Below, one piece after another: positions 1-13,013 of a DNA stretch of 64,000 nt (positions are counted from its first letter, which is position 1; the number at the start of each line of letters is the position of its first letter). The notes beneath the pieces were generated by a model. It ran no database searches. It saw only the letters and a program-made list of their open reading frames with translations, and was not told the origin of the DNA. Position numbers and translations under genes: made by a program. Origin of the DNA: Octopus vulgaris (taxonomy: Eukaryota); assembly GCA_951406725.2 (NCBI GenBank), contig OX597821.1, positions 116,064,001-116,128,000 on the forward strand, given 5' to 3'.

Positions 1-583
1 ACTTAAACAACAACAGTGTCTACTTTCCAGAAACTGGAAAAATACATTGACCAGACCACTAAAGAGTCTAACTGAATTGAGAGAACTGGTGACAGATCTG
101 TTAGAAACTCTTCCCGCTAAGAATAACTCTAAGTTATTCTTACCGAAAAGCCCCGCAGTTTAACGGTGTCACTTGCTGAGTTAACTAGCATTGTGACATC
201 ACCGTAAACTGTGGGTTTGGTTTTACTTGTAATACTGGTTTTACTTAAATTACTAGAAGTGGTGTTTCGCTACTCATAGTCGCCATTGGCTATTTTGTTG
301 CGTTATTAATTCACCCGAGGAGTGATTGAACTGAAGCAGTGTATAAATGGCAGAATTACACCTGCGGGGTTTCAACCAACAATAGAAAGAAATAGAATTA
401 AACATCAAAGAAATTTCGTTCTGTTATTTACCTTTTTTTTTTTATTATGCATGCAGCTTTAGAAAAATTTCATACATCTTGAATTGTAATTGGTGAACCG
501 TTTTCAAATATTATGAACTGACAGTATGAAGCATTAAAGTCTAATATCTTTCAACATAGATATTAGAGTGATTTTTTACTAAC

Positions 584-722
584 CTGGAACGAACTGTATA
601 ACATTGATACGTAAAGAAATGGCACGTCAACAGCTACGTTCATCTCTGGTGGTAGCATCATGAATAACAGATTAGGAACTCCAAACAACGGTACCAGCAT
701 GACTGTGAACTTAGCTAATTTT
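584..722 (-). CDS. Class B1 GPCR exon: TM6-ECL3-TM7 (KLAKFTVMLVPLFGVPNLLFMMLPPEMNVAVDVPFLYVSMLYSSFQ)
   Basis: tttcag acceptor and gttagt donor; phase 2 in, phase 0 out; matches class B KLAKxT..LxPLFG and TM7 SFQ|G intron position. Confidence 0.93.
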
Positions 723-1479
723 CTGAAAAGACATTTAGGATTGTCAATAATTTGATTAATTTAATGAGACATGTGCCTAATACCCGTTTCTCTTATGTGA
801 AAGAGTGAAACATATATTTTTCTAGTTATTTGTCCTTGACACTTTTAAGGGAAAGGATTTCTATTTATTTTGTATATCTTGACTAAGGAATGGTGAGCCG
901 AATTTCTTATCTGTTCGGTCAACAGGATAATTTCACCTGTATCACAGTTTATGAAGATAGAGCAAAATCACTTTCGAAGGACACATATTAATCCCGTTTC
1001 ACGTGGGAATTAAACTTTGAACAAGAGTTAACGGAATTGGAGAACAAGCAGTTTATTGTTTGCACCTATTCGATCTTCAATGTGAAATTCTTTGGCTTGA
1101 TTTATAATCGTCAGTTACATAATCATGATGCATTGGAGGGGAAATCCGTTCCTTTCTCAAATGAAGTAGTACTTGCTTAGAATGGAAACGACATCATGGA
1201 GACCTCCATCACTATTCACATATTCAGTTTATAATATTTTCTTATTTAGTGGATAAAATCATAAATTACATTAAAAAACGAAAGAAATTATGCAGTTGTC
1301 TTTTTCAACTTCATTAATAATGTACGTAAAAACATTTTATTTTAACCGGGAACTGAAAGCAGATTGTAGTTTGCCGGGAGCTTATTTCATGATAATTTCC
1401 ATATTAGACTGTTTGAGAGGGAAGTCTGTACCAAAGGCTTTTGGAGGCCTTTCTACACCAATGGGATTCACGTAGTTAA

Positions 1480-1870
1480 CGTTTCTTTTGAACAGTTAAA
1501 ATTTGGCGGCTGCAGGGAACAATGTGTGCAAGGATGGTTTCTTGGCGACCATTGTTCGCGGAGCACTGCATAATGGTTACTATGGGATGTGAAGATGGGA
1601 CACAATACAAGTTATGACAGGAAGAAAAGCAAGTGAGCTTGGAATGTTTCGGTGTCATGAAAGCAAATAGCTGTTCATAGGAGCAGAAAGCTGTGTTGCG
1701 ACAATATTGCAGCATTATAGCAGTAGATTGTGAAGTGAATCTATGAGCCAGGAGTTTGAGTATCTGAGTGAGATACATATGCTGATCAGTCAAGAGGCCT
1801 ATTTAGAAAGTTGAATAAAGTAATTCCTTTTTGTCTTCAGAGGAAGGGTGTTATTGATTAAGCTGGCTAC
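1480..1870 (-). mobile_element. Possible decayed non-LTR retrotransposon (CR1/Jockey-like) 3' remnant
   Basis: Weak resemblance of CSYEQLF...LTCFSSCHNLYCV to LINE ORF2 C-termini; frames are broken. Confidence 0.3.
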
Positions 1871-1957
1871 AGTGCATGCAAGGCATATATTTTGTTGACT
1901 TTGATAGAGAAAAGAACAAAGTTCACACCAGTGAGATGGTGAAAAAATATAAAATAA

Positions 1958-2190
1958 GGCGGCGAGCTGGCAGAAACATTAGCACGCCGGGCGAAATGCT
2001 CAGCAGTATTTCGTCTGTCGCTATGTTCTGAGTTCAAATTCCGCTGAGGTCGACTTTGCTTTTCATCCTTTCGGGGTCGATGAATTAAGTACCAGTTACG
2101 CACTGGGGTCGATATAATCGACTCAATCCGTTTGTCTGTCCTTGTTTGTCCTCTCTGTGTTTAGCCCCTTGTGGGTAGTAAAGAAATAGG
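1958..2190 (+). mobile_element. tRNA-derived SINE, family A (Meta-domain-like core), monomer
   Basis: A/B-box-like head (ggcgagctggcagaa...gagttcaaattcc), core tttcatcctttcggggtcga, 9-bp TSD tataaaata at 1948-1956 and 2191-2199; more than 12 related copies in the window. Confidence 0.88.
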
Positions 2191-3261
2191 TATAAAATAT
2201 CACGAGGCAGTTAGTCCGATGCTCTCCTGTTTTAAAATCCAGTCAACCTCAAAATAACAATTTCTAACATTTAAGACAATACTAAAAATTACGAAGGAGT
2301 GAATAGTCAATTCAATTGGCTCCGATACTGACAGATAGAAATTTCTTTCTAACAGTGAAGGACTAAAGAAAAGCCAATACAGAACCTAAACTAACAGACT
2401 AATTAACTTGAGGTATTTTGTCCGACACTTGATCGAATCTGCTTTTCATCATCTTAGCCCTCTGCATGATAACGATTATTAACAAATCTTGGGGAACTAT
2501 TTAGTCGATCAATATATGACTGGTCCTGAAAGATCGATCTCGGTAGGAGGTGCATATAAATACAAAAAGTTATATTTATTTAATCTGCAATTTTTTGCCC
2601 TAAGACACTGTTTTAAACCGTAAAAAAAGGAAAACATGTCTTTGTATTAATAACTATGTTCTACTGAAGGCTGCACATGAGCAGCTAATGTTTCAAAAGC
2701 ATCATTGAATACTGATGAAATTTCAGTATAAGACGAGAAATGATAACATTTATATAAATAGTTTATACGAACTGAGGAATATTCTGGAAAGCAGGAAATT
2801 GTACATATATGTTCAAACTGATTTGTATTTAAGAGACAATATCAAATCAAAGAACACATTCCTTCAGGCACTCTTAACAATACTTATAGATTCAGCAGAA
2901 TAAAGAGAACAAGTAACAAAACACAACCAGCCTTTCTGCAATTCTCTTCCAATTTCTTCAATGTCTTAGACGTTCTTCCTTCTGGCGTCAATAAAATATT
3001 TACCAGCAAAGTAGGAGGAACGATTTAATCAAGTGTACCCATCCTTATATTTTATGCTGTAAATCAATACTTACGATCGAAGGGAGATAATGAAAAATAT
3101 GCTATTTAACTTAACTTAAGGCCATGGTTTGCATTCAAATTTGACACTTCCGAATCCATAGAAAATATCTGGAAAAGAAAACGGAGAATGCATAATTCTA
3201 TTAATTAATTGGTGCTGGGCTAAAACACGGATGAGTATACAAACATGAATACATACATACA

Positions 3262-3294
<33 letters not shown>

Positions 3295-3338
3295 GCATAC
3301 ATACATATGTGTGCATCAATGTGCTTGTGTGTGTATAT

Positions 3339-3394
<56 letters not shown>

Positions 3395-5049
3395 CTTGAG
3401 TATACACTAGGTAGTATGCCAATTAAAGAGCTTTCCCTGTCTACGGCTACCTGATGTTATCAACAGTATGGATATAAATGTCACTGGATCTACCTCAGGA
3501 ATTTCTCAGAGACCATCGAGTATTTAACAAATGAGAGAAAGAGAAAATGGAATTCACGAGATTCTTTATTAATCACACACACGCATACGCACGCACAAAC
3601 ACACACACACACACACATACACACACATATATATAAACGAATGTGTGTATATGTGTTTGTGTGTGCGCATGTGTGTGCGTGCGTGCAGATGTATACATAC
3701 GTGATTATACTCAGTAATATGCCTTGTGTAGTACACATTGCGAGACATTTTCGACTCAGTGTCCAGATTAGCATTCCGGTTCTATTTCTGAATTGCCATT
3801 TAACCACAGATATAATATTTACTCGTGGATCATGCAAGAATTTTGATAAAAAGAAATTATATTGAAAATTAATACAGCATCATACTCGAACCTGAAAATT
3901 CAAGAAATCTGTGAAAAGAACTACCGTAGACGGTAGCCCCGGGACAAGTAACGACTAGATTCATGCACTTCATTGCCAGCGACAACCGGAAAACGCATGC
4001 ATAGGGAATAGATCCAATAGTAAATGCTAATTACATTTGCACATTAATAACGTGTGGTTTCACACACTACTGTTTAATTTAAATGGTTATAGTTTAGAGC
4101 ACGAAAGTTACATTTCTAACGTATATTACTAGCGAAATTCATATTCAGTACACTTTTACAATCAAAGTTTGGATAAAAGAAACATTGATCACAGGGCAAA
4201 ATTAATTGAAGCTCTACAGCTTCAAGAAACTTTGATGTTTTTATGAACAAAGAACAAAACCCAACTATAGAAAATGTCAAACAATATAAATATCTCTAAT
4301 GGGAAGACAAGCTCACTATTCATACCTGGCAAAAGAATTAACTGAATGTCGAGAAGACAAGTGAGATGACTTCTGTATTGTAACAACTCTTGGTGTAAAG
4401 TTTCACCAGCAGAGAGTGTGAAAAGATGAGAAATGATACGTTAGACAAGCTTTCAGATTTTCCCGAGTAGTATCCGGAGACTTTGCAGAAAGCATTCTTT
4501 AACTCTTTGTCAAAAGTGGATAGAATCGGACTCAGGGGAGAAACTAATCAAGAAACGTGGATGCAGGTCTTTAAAGAATCAAATGTTTTATGTGCTTTAA
4601 ATTTACAGCGATCTTACGCTGGTGTCTGAGAGTATAATGCCCGAAGCGCTATATGTGAGATCGCATTGTACTTGAGAACACATATATATATGCGTATAAA
4701 TACATGCATGCACCCATGCATACGTAGATTGATCCACATACACAAAAATGCAGTATACACGTAAATATTATTATTAAATATAGTTGCTGTATTGCAACAC
4801 AAATCTAAAAGCATTAGAATAGAATAAATTTCTTAGTAATATCCCTTCTAAAAATACTTGTATTTCCCCTAAGGATGAGAATGAATTATTTTTGCAAAAA
4901 TTCTTAATTAATTGAAATTACTTTTCCTTTCCCTCCGAGTCGCAAATGTGTTTTCGTTTTCTTTCTCTAACTAAAAGGAACATTTCACTTCATTAATATT
5001 TTTTGCGTAACTCATTCAGTACACATACTCACTCACATACGCATATATA

Positions 5050-6325
5050 CGAGGGGTGTTCATTAAAGATTTCCCCTGACCCACAAGGACTGGGATAAAC
5101 GAAACTTGGCATAATTATTAGTTCTTCTCTACATAGCCACCACCAAGGGTGACACAATTCTCCCTTTGCTTTATGCAGCTGTGAAGACCTCATCTCTAGA
5201 ACTTGGTAGGTTGTGTCTTGAGCCAAGACTTTACCTCAGAAATAAGTTCATCATCATCCGAAAAGTGCTTCCCCTTCGAAAAAGACTTCATGGTTGGAAA
5301 GTGGTAGAAGTCAGATGGTGCAAGATCGAGAGAGTAAGGGGGGTTGAGGAAGGATTTCATAGTCGCAGGAGAGAGCTTTCATCTGGGCAACATGCACATT
5401 GTGAACTGGGCCATTGTCTTGGTGGAGGCAAACTCCTTTCGTCAGCATAACACGCCTTTCTGCTTTAATGGCATCCGATAATTTCTGCACCAGAGAAGCA
5501 TAGTATGCTCTGTTAATTGTGGTGCCCTTTGCCAGAAAATCCATCCTCACTACTCTGCGCTGGTCCCCCAAAACTGTGAGCTTCACCTTGCCTGCTGAAG
5601 GTTGGATACGAGCCTTCTTTGGAGGTGGTGAGATTTTATGTTTCCATTGCTTCAACTGGACTCTAGTCTCAGGATCATAGTAATGGCCTGTGTAATAAGT
5701 CTGCCGAAAAATTCCTCGTTTTCTTGGCACATTGTCAATAGAGCCTGGGAGGAGCAATTGACTCGTTCCTGCTCCTGAAAGGTGTGAGCATCCGAGGAAT
5801 CCATCGTGCAGACAACTTCCGCATGTGCAAATGGTCGTGAATGATTTGTTCCACGGACCCTACACTTATCTTTACTTCTTAGGCTAGCTGCCGAATAGTT
5901 ATGCGGCGATCCTCCAACATAGTGGCTTCCACTTTATGGATAGTGTCGTCATCAACGGCGGAATGTGGTCGTCCAGGAATAGGAACAGTTTCCACTGATG
6001 TCGGACCATTTTGAACTGGCGATGCCAGTGCTTGACTACGTCGTATGATGGTGCATCCTCACCATAAACTTTTTTCATCCCATAGAAAGTTATATTATGG
6101 TGTACGAGCTTTCAAGTATAATAACTTGATCACTGATCTGCATTCAACTTCCTCTATTATAACACCCAAGTCCACTTCAACAGCCGTAAATGACAAATGA
6201 ATTCTAGTGGAAAGCTACAATTTACAATGTGGCATGTTGAGACATGTATAATGATACCTGTACAAGTTCTGTGTCCTACAATAGCCGAAAGTGGGTCAGA
6301 GGAAATATTTAATGAACACACCACA
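5050..6325 (-). mobile_element. Full-length decayed mariner (Tc1/mariner) transposon
   Basis: ~35-bp TIRs (cgaggggtgttcattaaagatttcccctgacccac / gtgggtcagaggaaatatttaatgaacacaccaca) flanked by TA; transposase motifs WIPRMLTP, HQDNGPVH, YSLDLAPSDF split by frameshifts. Confidence 0.93.
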
Positions 6326-6355
6326 TATACTAAATGACATGTTTATGTGCATGTG

Positions 6356-6411
<56 letters not shown>

Positions 6412-6444
6412 TGCATATATGTGTGTATGTATTTGTGTCAACAC

Positions 6445-6545
<101 letters not shown>

Positions 6546-6609
6546 AATTTATCCATCATTATTATTATGTATATATACATGCATATAGTTAACAAAGGCT
6601 GAAGTCATT

Positions 6610-7505
6610 AAATAGAATAAATGAAAAATACACATTAAGAACAGGGCATCACCAACGAGTGAAAAATACAGAAACACACAACGAGAGATAAGGACGGGAC
6701 AAAATACCAAAAGAAGTCTAGATACTCTTCAGTTGTCGACTGTCGACAGCAGTATCCAAAATTTTTCACTCCCTTTGTTTCTTTCCCTCATCCTCTCTCT
6801 TGTCCTCCTTCCCCTCTGCCTATTGCTCACACGTGACTACAGGGTCATTTTTTCTTGTCTCTCTGTCTTTTCAGGATTCGACGGCCAGATAGCCGGACGT
6901 CATTTCCCTCGCCTCTCGATATTTTTTCTTCTACTATTTATTCCATATCCTTTTATGAAATTTATCCCAGGCGTTACCCATTACAATTAGTCTTGGCCTA
7001 ACGGTCCTAAATGTCTGTCGTCGTCGATCGTTTACTTCCATATGTCTACTCTTGTATCGTTTGTTCGTTCGAAGCCCTAACCCTCCACAAATTTTATATT
7101 TTAAAAATTTCTGGGTGCTGCCGTCTTATGAAGTTTTCTTGTCGACAACTGAGGAGGGGTTAGGCTTCATTTGGTATTTTGCCCCGTACTTATCTCTCGT
7201 GTGTTTACGTATTTTGCACTCGTTGGCGATGTCGTGTTCTTAATGTGTGTTTTTCCTTTATTTTATTACATACATATACTTACATACAACCATCGAATGT
7301 CGTATATTCTCTCTCAGACAAAACTTAATGTTGAAAAGTGAACAAAACAGTGCCCTGTGTGTCGACAGCGACCTCCTCGGGAAGCACCCTCTTCCTGATG
7401 ATGTCCTATACAACCACCATAACAACTGGACTATCACAGTCGACAACTGAGGAGGGATTAGACTTCTTTTGGTATTTTGTTCCATACTTATCTCTCGTTG
7501 TGTGA
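6610..7505. mobile_element. Repeat remnant with one inverted and two direct copies of a terminal segment (Penelope pseudo-LTR-like)
   Basis: 6610-6765 is the reverse complement of ~7095-7265; gtcgacaactgaggag...tatctctcgt recurs at ~7439-7498. Confidence 0.55.
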
Positions 7506-7584
7506 AACGCTCAGCATACCAAAAAAGAGGACCATGCGTGCGTATATTTCCCTAAGACTTGAAGAAGACAGTAATATTAGCTTC

Positions 7585-7765
7585 AAATTTTGACAAAAGG
7601 CCAGTGAATTCGAAGGAGAAGGTAAGTTGATTACATCGACTCCAGCGATCAACTGGTACTTACTTTTTCGACCTGAAAAGTTAGAAGACGAAGGTGACCT
7701 CGGCGGAATTTGAACTCAAAATATTAAGACGGATGAAATGCCGCTAAACATTTTGCTCGGCGTGC
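7585..7765 (-). mobile_element. SINE family A, diverged copy
   Basis: gacctcggcggaatttgaactc...aaatgccgctaaacattttgctcggcgtgcta. Confidence 0.75.
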
Positions 7766-7829
7766 TATTGTATTTTGTTTAGTGATGTAACTGTATACAG
7801 TTAATGTATACATAACCCTTTTAAAACTT

Positions 7830-8680
7830 TAGAATGAGTGGGAAAACAAAATCATCAATACTCGAGTGAATATTTGAAATATGGACCTATTCCAGCTATG
7901 AATAATGAGCAATTGCCACTATGTGTAATATGTGAAAAAAACAAACAAAGAAAAAAATACGTTTTCAAAATGAAGCAATGACGTCTTCAAGAATGATGGA
8001 ACATTTACAAAAACTGCATCCTGATTAAGTCAGAAAAGGACTACTTTCATCAAATGAAAAATGATTTTAAAACCCCTCTCACCCTCAAAGTGTTGTTTAC
8101 GAAACAAACTAGGCAACTACTGAAGGGGCTGGTTATGTGTTATAAGCTTTCAAAATTAATTGCGCAATGTGTAAAAACGCATACTATTGGCGAAACTCTT
8201 CTCTTACTAGCTATAAATAAAGTTTTGGGTACTATGATTTGCCCGATTAAAAGGGCAATAACAGCGCCAATTCATCTCAGCAATAGTACAGTAGCAGCAA
8301 GCATAGATGATATGACTGAAGCTGTAGAGAGTAAACTATGTGATGCTTTATAAAACGAAAATATTCTTTACAAGTTGATGAGTCAACTTAATGCGACAAT
8401 GAATCTTTGCTGATGGCCTACGTCCGTTATGTACATTCAAACTGGAAATATTGATGAAAAAAATGGTTCTTGACGCAAATTTTTCTACAATTTTTAAGAT
8501 TCTTGAAAATTTTCTTAATGCTAAGAACATTCCTCTCACAAATATTATTGAATGCGCAACAGATAAGCCGTAATCGAGAAGGTATTACGGCATATTTCGA
8601 GGAAGCAACTCCATATATATTTGAAGTTCACAGTGTTATTCATCGAAAACACTCGGCTGCAAAGCATCTTACTACACAAC
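7830..8680 (+). mobile_element. Decayed hAT (Buster/Charlie, SCAND3/ZBED8-like) transposase
   Basis: PLCVICE zinc finger, LIAQCVKTHTIGETL, LSNSTV...IDDM, LQVDEST, HSVIHR (degenerate CxxH); stops and frameshifts. Confidence 0.85.
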
Positions 8681-8813
8681 CACTTTTAATTTGTTTAGAG
8701 CAGATGGCTCAGAGTGCTTTCATAAAGGCTCCTCTGCTACTTGTTGGCTACCGCTTATTATTCCCATCTTCCGGAGTAATCTTATGGGATGGTTATGTAT
8801 GCGGAAATTTTCA

Positions 8814-8814
<1 letters not shown>

Positions 8815-8906
<92 letters not shown>

Positions 8907-8953
8907 CGTCCGTCCGTCCGTCCGTCCGTCCGTCCGTCCGTCCGTCCGCCTGC

Positions 8954-9042
<89 letters not shown>

Positions 9043-9066
9043 CATCTGTCCGTCTGTCTGTCTGTC
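8815..9066. repeat. Compound tetranucleotide microsatellite (TGTC)n(CGTC)n(TGTC)n(TATC)n
   Basis: Directly visible; accounts for the long ORFs at 8470-9250. Confidence 0.97.
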
Positions 9067-10512
9067 CATACATTCACACACACATATATGTATGTATATA
9101 TATGTGTATGCGCGTATATGTGTGCGTGCGTGCACGTGTGTTTGTGTATGTGTGCGTGTGCGCGTTCTCTTGTACCCATTTATAGATATACAAAATAGAT
9201 TTATCAGTAATAGTCCAGAGCGTTGGTGGTGGATGTGTAGCGGTGGCTAAATAGCTGAATGATCTCCCTTTTCTAAGTTTCTCGAAGCATCTGTGTCATG
9301 AGACGTGATTCGTAATTATTCAAGAAACTTAGCGTTTCTCTTGGAAGTTTCTAGAATGTCTAGCATTTCATTAATAAAAAACAGTTTGCTAACCCTGCTC
9401 TTCGCTTCTTAGTTGATTAGACTTAGAGCCATTCACGTCATTGCTATGTCTGTCTATTTCTCTACGCCACATGACTGAAAACCACTATTTGGCTGTTATT
9501 TCTACATTTTCTAATTCTGAACTTTCTTGCATAGATTTCTTCGTTCAACTAGATTCTACATTTTGATTAAGTATCATCATCGATCAGTAAATAAAAAATA
9601 TTTTTATATAGAAAATTTATAGTTCTTGAATTTATTCTTCATCTCTATAAACTCTTGTAATAATATACACGCAGCCATATCAACACCTCGTACTGAATAT
9701 ATATTCTCACTACAAACCCAATGTGTACTGGCAAATTATAACAATGATAAGTGTCCAACTGCAGACAAGTAGTGAGAGTTGAGGCCTGTATGTCTATGTT
9801 GGGTATGTAGGTATGCGTATGCATGTGAGTCCGGGAAGCCGAAATAACTTACGTAGGCATGAATGAGAAGTCGTAAGCAGTGATAAGCTTGCAATGGTAA
9901 GTTGGTCTGTGCTAGCTGGAATGAGAAAGAATTATTCATGGTATTGTGTTGAGAGAAGTGGATGGTAAACGGTGTCCAGGACGCTAAGTTGAAGTGAGAA
10001 ACTAGGAGCCGTTCACAATGATGAAAATTCTGTGTTGGTTGTCCCGAGTCCTTACGCTGACTAAATTGAAAATGGCGCACAATACAGCTGGGTGAAAGCT
10101 GCCGTGTATTTATCCGCAGCCAGCTTTAATTGACTGAAATTGCCGTAGCACTACTATGGCTTTACTGATCACTGCATTTGGCAAAAGGGTGAGATAGATT
10201 AAGTACCAGGCTTTAAAAAAAATATGTTCTAGGATCGATTTGTTCGACTAAACCTTTCGAAGCAGTACCCCAGCCGCTGTCCAATGACTGAGACAAGGAC
10301 AAAGCAACAGATTATCACAAGTTATACACATGATCCCTGAAATGATCTCACTGTTTTCCAACAATGATTACACGTGAAGATTTTAAGAGTCATAATGATG
10401 CTGATGATGGCAATGATGATGATGATGATGCTCCTCTTCATAATGATACAGATGATGGCAATGATGATGACTATGACGCAGTTTTGATACGGAACGAACT
10501 ACTTACATTTAC

Positions 10513-10592
10513 CTGAAAGTACGGCTGTTGCCTCGGGCTCGAGTCCTATCTCGTAAAACCCGAATGTTGTCAAGGAAAAATAGAAAATTTAT
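10513..10592 (-). CDS. Class B1 GPCR exon: end of TM5 and ICL3 (INFLFFLDNIRVLRDRTRARGNSRTF-R)
   Basis: tttttcag acceptor and gtaaat donor; phase 0 in, phase 2 out; class B 'INF..F.NI.RVL' motif. Confidence 0.92.
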
Positions 10593-11059
10593 CTGAAAAA
10601 CAAAGAGAAAAGATTCAGTAAATACGCTAGTAGAATAGATGATTAGTCATAATTTTAGTAAACATTTAGTTGTAGTTTGTATTAATGTACAGTTTAACCA
10701 ATTGCATGCTTACATCAAATTTCAGTTACCCATAGTTCATGTTTTCAAGACTTTAAAATCTATATATTGATCAAACTTTAACGTTTACTTTCATATTCCT
10801 ATTTCTAAAAGTAAATTCGATATTGATACAGGAGCCGACTTTATCATAACAACAAGAACAAAAGAAGTGTTTAGTGGTGATCCAACAATTTATTGGGTTA
10901 TGAAATTGAGTTTTATGATTACAGAAATCATGATACAGTGAGAAAAGCATCGTGTCCCCTTATTGTCATCTATTCACTGCAACCTTTGTTTTGGAAGGGT
11001 ACAGTTTCTTCCTTGTTTCGTTAAAAATACAAAACTTTGTGTCTAGAAAAACTGAAACT

Positions 11060-11505
11060 GGATCTTTTCGGTTTGTACGGCAGTTTTTTCTAGCGGTGTC
11101 ATATGAAATTGTCACCCATAATTATGACCCTAGTATCGATCTATTGCATTTCAATCTATTTTAGGGTTAGGGTTAGAGTTGAGGTTAGTTAGAGTTAGGG
11201 TTAGGGGTGGGAGAGGGGTATCTTTTTTTCTTCACAAATGTAAATAAACCCAATCTGTTTCTTAAACAAGGGACATTTTCATACGGCACAAAATGTTTTC
11301 ATCTCAAAAGACGTCATTGATTTGTTGAAATTGCAGAAATTGATGAGAACAAAAACAACAAATATCTTACAAACCATAGAATTTTCTCAATAAAGCCAAG
11401 AGAAAAAGATGTTTTATAAACACATTCTACCAGTATACGAAGTTTAAAAGTGTTTAGTTACGTGGAAATTATTTTTAAAAACTGCCGTTCAAACCGAAAA
11501 GATCT
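11060..11505. mobile_element. MITE with ~29-bp TIRs, 8-bp TSD and internal TTAGGG-like repeats (Merlin- or hAT-type)
   Basis: TIRs ggatcttttcggtttgtacggcagttttt / aaaaactgccgttcaaaccgaaaagatct; TSD ctgaaact at 11052-11059 and 11506-11513. Confidence 0.88.
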
Positions 11506-11527
11506 CTGAAACTTTAACGCTACTCAC

Positions 11528-11597
11528 AATGATGGTCAATGTAATAGGACCGCGTATAATCCATAAATAACTCCAGTGCATATTCACACTCCAGCAT
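11528..11597 (-). CDS. Class B1 GPCR exon: ECL2-TM5 (CWSVNMHWSYLWIIRGPITLTII)
   Basis: tag acceptor and gtgagt donor; phase 2 in, phase 0 out; conserved ECL2 CW and WIIRGPI motifs. Confidence 0.93.
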
Positions 11598-12837
11598 CTA
11601 TCAATAAAAGATAAATATGGGTTGAGTAGTGGATGAGAATTGATTAAATTTATCAATTGCTTTTACTGGTGTATATTTTATCGACCACAAACGAAAAATA
11701 CGGTTTGACTCCATATAAATAATACAGCGAATCCCAAAAATTTCGATCAACTAATATTATCAAAGCAATTCGTAGACAAAAACTCCTGCGTGTGTTTAGA
11801 ATCAAATTACAAAAAAGAAACAAAACAAGGGAGATAATTCCAGCAACAAGAATAATTGATCGAAATTGTTGGATATGTCCAATGTAGATTAAACTTGATC
11901 TGCTCTTTAAAGCCAAATGGTGGCTTATTAATCCTCTTTAGTGAAGCGCATTCTATTCACTTGGCAAGAATCTATGTGAATCTTCTTCTTCTTCTTCTTC
12001 TTCTTCTCATTATTATTATATTGAAACAGAGAAAACATGGATATCAACAATATAGTCAAGGAATTTGGGCATAAATTATCACTTCACATTTCTTTTTTTC
12101 TTGCTGGATCTGAAGGAAGGGGCAGTGCTTATAATCTTCGCAGTCCATCGCTGACAGATGAGACTGATGCTGTTAACGTTCAATTTAAAGTGTTGCAATT
12201 CGGTACTGGCAGAAGAGGCTTGAAGAGGAAAGGAAAGGAGCCCCAGTGAGTTGGCATTCTGGGAAGAAAGGAGTTGGTGTAGCGGTTAATGCAGGTGATG
12301 AGAAGCAGAGGGCAATCCTAGACAAGACATAGGGGTCGTCACGTCTGTGGGCCAGAACCTTAGACCTTTGTGAGTCACTAGATATCAATTAGTCTCTTTT
12401 TTTTTTTTTGGCGTGTCTGTGTGTAACAACAGCCTTGCTCCGGCAATACTCCTTTTGTCAGTTGTTTGTCAATGAACAAAAAGGACCGCAGTATTCCTAT
12501 TCACTTGCCTGTTAAGTTATGACTTGTGGCATTAAGATACGGCTAAGTTGAAACCATTTCACTTATACTGCTAATAATTTTGACAGAATTATGTAACACT
12601 ATTTCATTTATCGTCTACTAACAGAATTAGACCATGTAAGATCACTCATGTAAGACCACCGTACTCGACCTCGTAGAAATAGCAGCAAAACCGTCCTCAA
12701 GTCATATCTTGTTTTCTTAAACGAAAGGATATATTGGATAATGTATTCTCTGATTTCGAAAAAGACGGGATGGTCACTGCTGAAAACTATTTGGTTAGCA
12801 CAATGATACAAGACATGAAATATGAAATGCTACTTAC

Positions 12838-12898
12838 AGTGTGTTGTCATAATATATACGTGCAAAAATCCAGGGAATAAGAAATGTGAATGGAAAAC
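12838..12898 (-). CDS. Class B1 GPCR exon: TM4 (C-FPFTFLIPWIFARIYYDNT-L)
   Basis: tag acceptor and gtaagt donor; 61 nt, phase 1 in, phase 2 out; completes GWxxP...PW..R motif. Confidence 0.92.
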
Positions 12899-12957
12899 CT
12901 ATTATGAAAAAAATAAATAAGTAAATAAATAAGATAAATGTTATTTGATTGTATTTA

Positions 12958-13013
<56 letters not shown>

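Noticed and set aside
315-361. cag/gtgaat-bounded segment as the next TM7 exon
   Set aside because: Phase 0 reading gives GTG TAA and no GF.VA..YCF motif; the real exon is probably left of the window
8470-9250. Long ORFs of 242, 164 and 153 aa
   Set aside because: They read through a stop-free tetranucleotide microsatellite; only the first part is hAT-derived
11161-11206. Chromosome-end or fusion telomere relic
   Set aside because: Short, degenerate and enclosed in a TIR/TSD-bounded MITE
11653-11916. Hydrophobic minus-strand ORF as an extra TM exon
   Set aside because: No class B motif, and the flanking exons already join in phase
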